The notes beneath the pieces were generated by a model. That model ran no database searches. It saw only the letters and a program-made list of their open reading frames with translations, and had not been told where the DNA came from. From NCBI GenBank assembly GCA_964016885.1, contig OZ024760.1:35030001-35094000 (forward strand): a DNA stretch of 64,000 bases, written 5' to 3'. Position 1 is the first letter of the stretch; each line of letters opens with the position of its first letter. Below are positions 52,745 through 64,000 of the stretch, piece after piece. A program made the translations under genes and the position numbers. The DNA comes from Eledone cirrhosa. Lineage: Eukaryota.

Positions 52745-54563
52745 TTACCTCTTCGTCTCCTGGGGACCAGGCTGCACAATTTCCATGGGGGTGTTGGAAG
52801 GGTTGTTTGGTGGGGTGGTGGTTTGTGGTGGGGTGAGGACATCAGTGTGTGGTGGGATTGGGGTGTTTGGTGGGGTGTGGATGTCTGGTGTGGGGGTGGG
52901 GGTGGGGAAACATCTCAATAGGACGCTGTTAAGTGGTTTGGTGCAGGTGGTCCCCACATGCATTGGATGGTTCTTTTTCAGAGTTACATAGGTTTCCGTT
53001 GGGACCCTAATCATCATTAGGTGCGGTTTGTTCGCTGCGTAGGTGAAAGTGATCCCTTCGGTTTCCACCGAAGGGTTATTATCTATTGCTTTCATCAAAG
53101 TTTTATTGTTCTTGTTAATGTATGTATAGAGTTTTTGTTGTGTTTTTGTTTTTGTTTGTTGTTCTTGTGCGTATTTGCGTTTTGTAGTATGTGTTATGTT
53201 TTCGGGAGGGGTGGGTTTTTTTGTTTGTGATGTTTGTTCTATTTGTGCTGGTGGTTGTGTTTGTTGCATTTTTGTTAATGTGGTGCCTTTTTTTTTCCTT
53301 TTCACCTGTTGAAAGGGTTCTCCCTCGTCGTCACTGGGTGACGTTTATACGGAGTCCTCTTCCGTGTTGTTGGGGAGGGGTATATTTTGGGGTTTTGTTG
53401 TGGTTGCTTTTGTATTTGTTTTAGGTGGGGAGGGGTTGGGTGGAACAGTGTCTTGTGTTGTTATTTTTCTGTGTTGTTGTGGTTGTTGTTGTTGTTGTTG
53501 TTGTTGTGGTGGTGGTGGTGGTGGTTGTGTTGTTGTGTTCGGGGTTGGCAGAAGAGCCCTTTTTTTTACTCGTTAATTGAGGACAGGCAGCCCTCAGGTG
53601 ACCCCTGCTTAAGCAGTGGTAACATGACGGCCGCCTTCCCTCCACTGAAATGTTTATATAAGTTAGCCCGTCCAGAGGCACGCGTTGTGGGATATTCGCT
53701 ATTCGTTCTGGGCTCATTTGCACCAGAACTTCTACGCTGGTCCCACCAAATACACCTCCGGAGGACTTTCCTACTGAAATTATCCTGTCTTCATCAAAGT
53801 CAATGAATCCACATAGTATCCACCAAATATTTACATTTGGTGTGATACTCATTATTTTTATTCTTTGTGTCCTTTTTCCCCTGTTTGTGGGGAAAAAGGT
53901 GAAGCGGGGCGACACAATGGGTGATACAGAGTATTTTTGTGCTGTTGGCTGGTTATTCATTAGCACCGAAATGCTACCAAACAGTTTTCCTTTTTGGATG
54001 AAGGTTATGTCCTTCATTGCATCTTTTAGAACCAGCTCAATTTCATTTTGTGATAATTGAGCTGGTTTTCTTGTTTCGTTAGATATTGTCCTGAGAACCA
54101 CAGTTTTCAGGACAGCCTCTCTACGTAATACCTGTGGAGAATTGATGCTAAAAGCACCGTTTTCGCCAAAAGTCACGAATTGTTTTGCGTCTTGTAGTAG
54201 TTGTTTAGCATTTGTTATGTCAATTGGCGTGTATAGTTCGTTTTTTTTTACAGTCTGTGCGAACGTCGTTTTGGTGTTGTTGTCTTTTTTGTTGCTGTTG
54301 TTGTTGTCACTGTTGGTGATATTGTTCATGTTTTCCTTGGTGTTGTTATTGTTGCAGTTGTTGGTTGTGGTGTTATTGTCATTGTTCTTGTTGTTGGTGC
54401 TGGTATTATTTACCGGGTTTGGTTCCGTGGTTTCAATATTTTCAACGTTTTTCGATAATGCGAGGAGGGAAGGCTGCAAGCTTTGTACTCCTACCTTCCC
54501 TCCACCACTTTTCTTAGTGAACGTGGTACTCACGACAGTGTGCGAGGTTGAAATGGCATCCAT
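52745..54563 (-). pseudogene. T5 ORF1 (zinc knuckle), disrupted
   Basis: VEGRRPSCYHCLSRGHLRAAC; pieces 53421-54563 and 52745-53305. Confidence 0.8.
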
Positions 54564-55061
54564 TGTTGACTACCAAGTCTACACAGTTTTGAGATGAAAA
54601 TGAAAATTTCGCCCCAGAAAGGGGCGAAAATTGGTTGACTCAACGTCTGAAGGCCCAAGCAAGGGGTTAAACTAAACAATGCTAACAAATTGAACAATGA
54701 ACTCACAGTTTTTTTTAACAATAATCTGTAAAAATCCGGAGCGAAGTAATACATGAGTTTGTTGATTTAGTGAGATGAGAGAGGGGGAATTAAGAGAGTG
54801 AAAGAGAGTGAGGTATGTAGTGGAATATAGAGAGAGGGAGAGAGTTTGGTGGTTTAGTGAGAGAGGGGGAATTGTGAGAATGATAGAGTGAGATATGTAG
54901 TGGAATATAGAGAGGGGGCAATTGTTTCTAGGTTAATGTGTATGTGTGTTTATACGTGTGCATGTGTGTGTGTTTATATATATATATTAAAATAACAGAT
55001 TAAAGTTTAAGCAAAGAATCGCTGCTTTCACCCTTAACGGGATCTTCTGAAACATTATTAT

Positions 55062-55111
<50 letters not shown>

Positions 55112-55115
<4 letters not shown>

Positions 55116-55777
55116 TAGAATTGGTGCTCTGAAATAGCCATATATATATGAATGTATATATAGTGTATTTTGCAATACACTTTATGCTTAATTAAAAGCA
55201 TTTTGAAGACCGTATGCTATTGTTTTAAAGTAGTGACAGACTCACTTACTTTAATTTCAGCAAACAGGGGGAGATAAAGCTGACAAGGCCTTGTTTCTGC
55301 ATTTATTGATGCTTATCAAAGCCAACTACTCCTCCCGTTCGCTGAAATTACGGATGTTATGTTCTTATAGAATTCTAGTAAATAATCAGGAACTGATTAT
55401 ACAGAGCGGTTGTCGGTCAAGCAGAAATTAAAAATTAGAATTGGTGCTCTGAAATAGCCATATATATATGAATGTATATATAGTGTATTTTGCAATACAC
55501 TTTATGCTTAATTAAAAGCATTTTGAAGACCGTATGTTATTGTTTTAGAGTAGTGACAGACTCACTTACTTTAATTTCAGCAAACAGGGGGAGATAAAGC
55601 TGATAAGGCCTTGATAAGCATCAATAAATGCAGAAACAAGGCCTTGTCAGCTTTATATCCCCCTGTTTGCTGAAATTAAAGTAAGTGAGTCTGTCACTAC
55701 TCTAAAACAATAGCATACGGTCTTCAAAATGCTTTTAATTAAGCATAAAGTGTATTGCAAAATACACTATATATACA

Positions 55778-55790
<13 letters not shown>
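55112..55790. mobile_element. Hammerhead-like 320-bp repeat element H2 (related to H1); ~1.6 units followed by an inverted partial unit, within (TA)n
   Basis: Units start at 55112 and 55432; inversion at ~55610; shares CATTTTGAAGACC, CAGGAACTG, AGAGCGGTTG, GCAGAAATTA and GCTCTGAAATAGC with H1. Confidence 0.8.
55278..55323 (-). ncRNA. Variant hammerhead motif (U3-A8 core)
   Basis: Reverse complement GGCT-TTGATAA-GCAT-CAATAA-ATGC-A-GAAAC-AAGGCCTT-GTC-AGCT; second copy on + at 55607-55652. Confidence 0.6.
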
Positions 55791-55813
<23 letters not shown>

Positions 55814-56991
55814 TAGAAGGGATATTTAATTTGTTGGAAATTCAACAAATATAAATGTTTATAACTGATTCAGAGCACTCGACGGTTTTCTGGAGTAAAT
55901 ATTCATTGATATTAAATAAATGGAAACTATATTTATAAAACCATAGTTATTCTATTATATATATTTCAAGGGTACCAAAAACTTTCGTACGCTTTCATCA
56001 GATAAAATACAAAGTGTGTTTTATAAATTTTGACATAGCCAAGAAAAACATACCTTATCAGTTGAATTTTCCTTGGATAGTGAGTTTAAAGAACGGAATT
56101 TTTCAAAATTGTTAGGATGAGTATGCAAATAAATATGTAAATGAGGTTGAGTTATATGATTGAAAAATCTTTATTTTAAACGCTATGGAAAGTTTAGATA
56201 TATTAGTAGGAGAGAAAGAAAGAAAAAGGAAAAAGAAAAAGAAGACCACTTATATACGTTAATTTTGGGGGAAAAAATTTATATCGAGAATTATGTTTGT
56301 AAGTATTTATCTTATTACAATATTGTAGTGGGTTAAATATATAAATATCTATATATGTATTATTATTAAAGAGATAATTTGCAATTATTAGTTGTTTATA
56401 ATATGAGTTACGAGAGATGTTCATTTTGTGTTTTATGTAGATAAATAAATAAATAAATAAATAAATAAATAGGTAGTTCAAGTTTTTGGTGGTTGTTTAT
56501 AATATGAGTTACAAGGGAAGTTGATTTTGTATTTTATGTAAATAAATAGGTTGCTAAAATTATGAATTTATATATTTGAATATCTTGTTCGGCTTTGAGA
56601 ATTTAACGGAGTTACTTATATAATAATGTAATAAGTTTATATGATTGAGAAAGGAAAAGATAACTCCAATTTTGATTGTTAATCGATAAATTTTTTTTAA
56701 GAGTTAGTGTGACGTTAATTAATTATTTAGTAGAAAGAAGTGTGAATGTTTAAAAATCGTTTTGAATAGGATACATTTTTCAAATGTCAGTTAATGGTTA
56801 TTAATCTCCGTTTAAAAGTAGCTTTAGAGGGTGTCATTGGAAAAATATAATGTAAGAATTAAAGATATACATAAATATATATATATATAAATATATATAC
56901 ACATATATATATTTACAAATAAATATATATATATATATCCAGAATTAGCCGTCGAAACGGCTTGAGCTCAGCCGTCGGGGTCTTACTGGTT

Positions 56992-57070
<79 letters not shown>

Positions 57071-57075
<5 letters not shown>

Positions 57076-57299
57076 AGTATGTATGTATACGTACATACAT
57101 ATATGTATACAGACGTACAGTAGCATGCATATATATGTTAAGGCAACCACGTCACCTTTTTGTTCAAAGGTGACGTGGTTGCCTTAACACCGTGCGGCAT
57201 AAATTCAGGCTGTTCAGTTTATTTACAAACGAACAAAGCGGGCGCTATAATAAGCGTCCGCTAAACTGATGCGTACATATATGTATGTGTACCTGTATG

Positions 57300-57387
<88 letters not shown>

Positions 57388-57822
57388 TGCTACTGTACGT
57401 CTGTATACATATATGTATGTACGTATACATACATACTTACATTTAAGTAAGTGCCGTACTAAGAGTGAGAAATGAAATTTCGTTTTCATTTTTTTTACAA
57501 CTCATCGTTTTCGGTGCGCCTGACCGATTTAACTCACTCGATATGCAAATTAGGCTGCTCAGCCGTTAATTTTCATAAGGAAAGTATATACTTTCGAACG
57601 TTCAACTATCTGGCAGATGGGTATACGGTGCTGATGATAGCTAACAGGCTTGAAACTAGTACATCGTTCCTGTGCCAGTGTTGAACAAAAAGGTGACGTG
57701 GTTGCCTTAACACCGTGCGGCATAAATTCAGGCTGTTCAGTTTATTTACAAACGACCAAAGCGGGCGCTATAATAAGCGTCCGCTAAACTGATGCGTACA
57801 TATATGTATGTGTACCTGTATG

Positions 57823-57910
<88 letters not shown>

Positions 57911-58024
57911 TGCTACTGTACGTCTGTATACATATATGTATGTACGTATACATACATACTTACATTTAAGTAAGTGCCGTACTAAGAGTGAGAAATGAAA
58001 TTTCGTTTTCATTTTTTTTACAAC
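57071..58024. mobile_element. Hammerhead-containing 523-bp repeat element H3; short inverted arm followed by ~1.6 units, within (TA)n
   Basis: 57166-57688 is repeated at 57689-58024; 57071-57167 consists of reverse-complement pieces of the unit. Confidence 0.82.
57626..57666 (+). ncRNA. Minimal type I hammerhead ribozyme motif (H3)
   Basis: CGGTG-CTGATGA-T-AGCT-AACA-GGCT-T-GAAAC-TA-GTA-CATCG; outer stem GTTCAAC..CTGGCA/TGCCAG..GTTGAAC. Confidence 0.82.
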
Positions 58025-58061
58025 TATATATATATATATATATATACAGATTGGGGTATGT

Positions 58062-58129
<68 letters not shown>

Positions 58130-58192
58130 CATTTTTGCTGAAAAAGATATTACCAATTAGAAATATTAAAATATTAAAAATTTAAATTGTTA

Positions 58193-58362
58193 AAGAGACT
58201 CATAGCGAACTCAAGACGACACGGTAATTATTTAAGTGAATTTATAATGTAGAATTCGGTTTAAGTGTATTTCGTATTAATCATTACTAAACATCTAATA
58301 TGAGATATTGAACATTACCTTAAATAATTATCGTGTCGTCTTGAGTTCGTTATGAGTCTCTT
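58193..58362. repeat. Inverted repeat with ~44-bp arms and an ~80-bp spacer
   Basis: AAGAGACTCATAGCGAACTCAAGACGACACGGTAATTATTTAAG / CTTAAATAATTATCGTGTCGTCTTGAGTTCGTTATGAGTCTCTT. Confidence 0.8.
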
Positions 58363-58584
58363 TTTTATAAAAGGATGCCACAGAGTGTACGATAGATAAT
58401 GATTAAAATATTTTTGAGTAACAACTCTAGTCCCACACTTTTGAAGGTTTATTATAACATTCTGTGGCTCTTTTGAGCTTATCGAGCCTCGTGAAATAAA
58501 TACGTTTGTTTATATTTTGTTATTGTATATGCAAAAATATCTGTACACGAATATATAATTATCTATCTATACAATTGTGATAAT

Positions 58585-58665
58585 ATTTTACACGTTTTTA
58601 TTGTATGTAAACTCCCCCTTTGTAATTGTCCCCTTCTTTTGTGCCCCTGTGGCTAATAAAGAAAC
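58585..58665 (+). mobile_element. Solo Tx1-type 3' end
   Basis: TTGTCCCC..CCCCTGTGGCTAATAAAGAAAC followed by TATC/TA repeats. Confidence 0.6.
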
Positions 58666-58884
58666 ATATCTATATATCTATCTATATATACATATAGTTA
58701 TGTAATAAACAACATAAGGCAATTATTTCATTTACCAGTGGTTTCTTAAAAGCAAAAAAATGTTGCTTTCAGTCATCAGAATGAAAAAATCCTGGCGTAT
58801 TTATTGCGTTGGATTTTAAAAACAAAAATGCAATCTATATGAAAGTGAGGCTACAAAAGGAAGAAGGAAAGGAAAAATAAAATA

Positions 58885-58968
58885 AAAACACACAAGCAAA
58901 CACACACACACACACAATTTTATACATACACATATATATATATATATACATACACACATACATACACA

Positions 58969-59015
<47 letters not shown>

Positions 59016-59584
59016 GTGTATATATATACATACACATACATATACAAATACATACATACACACATAAATATCAACATATCCATACATACACATACATATA
59101 TATACACAACCACACACACACACATATATGTATATATACATACACATACACATAAATAGCCATACACACATACATATACATACATACGTACACACAATCA
59201 TACGTATATACACACGTACATACATACACAAACATACACACATATATACATACATACGTACGCATGCACAAAAATAGAAATATATACACGCACCTCTACA
59301 TACTCACACACACAAATAAATATAAGAAAAAATATATATAATAATAAAAGACATAAAAAAGAAAATAAAGACTATTATAATGTTTACAGTGATACAGGCA
59401 ACAAATAAATGAACAAACACAAGTGATAAGCAATACACACAAATGCACGTACACATACATACGTAAAAATGAATACATACACACACTCTCACACATAAAT
59501 ATATTTATACAAATACATAAACACATACATATGCATACACAAATACATACACACACACACACACACACACATATACATATATAG

Positions 59585-59630
<46 letters not shown>

Positions 59631-59722
59631 ACACATAGCCATACAATTATACACATACATATACATACATATCACAAACACGTACATACAAATACAAACA
59701 CACACATATATATATATGTGTG
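58885..59722. repeat. Compound CA/TA microsatellite
   Basis: Seen directly. Confidence 0.9.
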
Positions 59723-59776
59723 TAAAACTCATTCTTAGATAATTCATATGAACCTTATTTAACTCTAATATATATA

Positions 59777-61080
59777 CAGGGTGGGGCATAAAAACTGTTA
59801 CAAAATAAAATGCAAATAGTTCTTGAAAAAAACATTTATTTCAAGATCTGACTTCAACAAATAGTAAGTAATATACTATTAAACAACTGCACAAAAATTT
59901 ATTCGAAATGCTTTCCTCTAACTCTCACCACCGCTGGAAGTCTTCTAGGAAAGTCTTCGATGACTGCACGAACAGTTTCCATGGGTATTTTCTCCCCTAC
60001 TTTATTCAGTTTTGATTTTAGAGTTTCAATATTTTGGCTAGGAGTAGAGCAGGTTTCACTCCCAAGAATTGACCATAAAGAAAAATCGAGAGGGTTGAGT
60101 TCTGGTGATGTGGGATGCCACTCTTCCTTACTGATCCATGCATGACAATGGTCTCTACACCACTGTTATGTTATGCAAGCAGTGTGGCTCGTCGCTCCAT
60201 CTTGTTGGAGAGTCCAAATGTCATCGCCATAAACAGATATGCACCATGGCATCAGTGCTCCTTCCAAAATATCCTTTATGCAAAGTTCTTTGTTAATTTT
60301 AACTCCTTGAGGCACAAAAATCAGAGGAGACTTACCTCTTTTAGAAATGGCTGCCCAAATCATCACTGATGCTGGTTTCTGTGTTCTGAACACTTTTCCT
60401 ACACTTGAAGGAATTGATTTGAGACTTTTTGCAAGTACTCGATCATTTTGATGATTGTGAGACTGCTGCACAGTGAATAACTTCTCATCTGTAAAGATGA
60501 TGTTTTGCAGCGTGCCATCCTTGATACAATTCAATAACAGTTTACTTCTGGAGAGCCTCTTTTCAATTGTGGCTGCAGAAAGAAGATCTCTCTTTTGGAA
60601 CTTATAGGGTGACATCCCCAGATCATTTCGACATATCCTCCGCATAGTTCTCGGCGATGTTTCTGTTTCTTCTGCCATTTTTCTCATAGACCTTCTTCGA
60701 TTACGCCTTATTTTTTCCCTCAGACTTTTAACGAGTTTTGGTGTTCTTGAGGTGCGAGGGCGTCCGGATCGAGGTCTGTCTTTGGTCGAGGAAGTTTCCT
60801 TAAATCGATCGATTGTCCTTTTGATCAACATTCTATTGATCTTAAGAATTTTCCCCAGTTTAAATATCTTGGGTGGAGTCAGGCCTTTTTCATGCTTCTC
60901 TATTATGAACTTTCTTTTCAATTCTATGGACATTGCAAATTGTTAATGGAGTAATGTTCTGAAAAATAGTTAATATGGTTATAGTGCATGGATTTGATAT
61001 AAATATATTAGTTATATTAGCAACATAATGTATTTTTAAGTTGATTTAAAATTTTGTAACAGGAATTATGCCCCACCCTG
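59777..61080 (-). mobile_element. Tc1/mariner DNA transposon, DD37D (maT) type, 1304 bp
   Basis: ~30-bp TIRs (CAGGGTGGGGCATAA..CTGTTACAAAAT) with TA on both sides. Confidence 0.92.
59899..60933 (-). pseudogene. DD37D transposase with an in-frame stop at 60166-60168
   Basis: RSGRPRT, FTDEK, QQDGATSH, then after the stop WHPTSPELNPLDF; 37 residues between the second and third D. Confidence 0.88.
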
Positions 61081-61088
61081 TATATATA

Positions 61089-61148
<60 letters not shown>

Positions 61149-61162
61149 CACATACACATACC

Positions 61163-61625
61163 CACTGAAAATCCGCCTCTTCATTGCTGTAGTAGAGTCT
61201 GTGCTGCTGTATGGGTCTGAGACTTGGACACTGACCAAGAGACTCACTCAGATGGTGGATGGGTGCTACACGAGAATGCTGAGGATGGCTCTGAACATTA
61301 ATCAGTATACACTGAGGATGAAAAACTCAGAGCTGTATGGGAGCATCCCAAAAGTCAGCTCAAAAGTGACACAGAGGAGACTGAGGTTGACTGGACATGC
61401 TCACCGACATCCAGAGTTGACATTGCACTCAGTGCTCCTTTGGGAGCCCCTACATGGACACACTAGAAGAGGAAGACCAAGGTTAACATATGTTGATGCC
61501 CTAAGGACAGACACTGGTCTGTTGGAGATGCAGGATATGGCAGCGATAATGAGGGACAGAGACCGCTGGAGAGAACTCGTCCATGGATCTCGGGAATTTT
61601 ACCCGCCTTAGATAGATAGATAGAC
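61163..61625 (+). mobile_element. 3' fragment of an RTE-clade non-LTR element
   Basis: SVLLYGSETWTLT..LR..RRLR..GH..RGRPR..DR..WR; short (GATA)n tail. Confidence 0.8.
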
Positions 61626-63419
<1,794 letters not shown>

Positions 63420-63421
<2 letters not shown>

Positions 63422-63470
63422 TGAAACAAAATGAAAACGAAATTTCATTTCTCACTCTTACATGCATACT

Positions 63471-63475
<5 letters not shown>
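63420..63475 (-). repeat. Short fragment of the H3 unit end
   Basis: AAAATGAAAACGAAATTTCATTTCTCACTCTTA is the reverse complement of 57460-57493. Confidence 0.7.
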
Positions 63476-63529
<54 letters not shown>

Positions 63530-63532
<3 letters not shown>

Positions 63533-63915
63533 TAGCCTAAGAAAATATATATATGCCTATGTATATAATTACATGCATACATTTATTTTTTTTAATTAAT
63601 TGAGTTCTTTACACGAGGAATTGATATTAGTTTTGAAATAACTAATAAACCCGCGTGTGTTTTATATTTTACTCTTAATTCGCCCGGAGGTTTACATTCC
63701 TATTTGCCCTTTAAAGCATAACTTTCCGTATTTACTACGGTTACGAGATGCGGTTTCTTATTCAGGTACAACCTCTGATTTAGCCTAAGAAAATATCGAT
63801 ATGCGTGTGTAGTTTATACACGCATATATTTATTTTTTTTATTTCAATTGAGTTCTTAACACGTTGGATTGATGTTTTCGAAAAAACCGTTTAACCCGCG
63901 TGTATATTATTTTTT
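63530..63915. repeat. Diverged ~250-bp tandem duplication
   Basis: TTTAGCCTAAGAAAATAT..AATTGAGTTCTT..AACCCGCGTGT occurs twice. Confidence 0.65.
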
Positions 63916-64000
63916 TTCCTCTTTTCGTGGATCGTGGTTGTCTCCCCTTCCCGCTTAGTGACGCTATAATACTTCCTCAGTCAAAAACTGCTGGAATTTC

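Larger units (their letters stand above)
49076..54754 (-). mobile_element. Full-length (~5.7 kb) Tx1-clade element T5, a divergent family, inserted in a GA-rich minisatellite
   Basis: ORF1 + ORF2; related GA-rich units on both flanks (49008-49075 and 54755-54925). Confidence 0.9.

Noticed and set aside
241-54597. Antisense and alternate-frame ORFs overlapping the retrotransposons
   Set aside because: Shadow frames with no independent motifs; poly-L/V/I tracts come from trinucleotide repeats
56939-56993. 55-bp island with hairpin AGCCGTCGAAACGGCT as a Helitron 3' end or ribozyme
   Set aside because: On - the hairpin is only 4 nt from CTGG and is followed by A rather than T; no hammerhead core; too short to call
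57543-57550. Octamer ATGCAAAT upstream of the H3 hammerhead as an snRNA-type promoter
   Set aside because: A single 8-mer in AT-rich DNA with no recognisable proximal element; not seen in H1, H2 or H4

Overview
Repeat-dense animal genomic DNA with no intact host gene. The SINE and microsatellite content resembles cephalopod (octopus-like) sequence; this is an inference from memory, not verified. Bases 1-45,500 are one giant stack of non-LTR retrotransposons separated by (AAT)n spacers: three families of Dong/R4-type RT+REL-endonuclease elements (all + strand) and Tx1/L1-clade APE+RT elements (all - strand), plus tRNA-type SINEs. The stack begins about 25 nt downstream of the splice donor of a decayed matrix-metalloproteinase exon (45522-45762, -). 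The rest holds more Tx1 copies, a DD37D (maT) Tc1/mariner transposon, an RTE 3' fragment, minisatellites and TA/CA microsatellites. Two less obvious signals stand out. (1) Four distinct non-coding elements carry minimal type I hammerhead ribozyme motifs (retrozyme/Penelope-like), all with the same head-to-head inverted architecture and inserted into microsatellites. (2) All three Tx1 ORF1/ORF2 junctions have a GTAAGT splice donor overlapping the ORF1 stop, a pyrimidine tract and an AG that would fuse ORF1 and ORF2 in frame.
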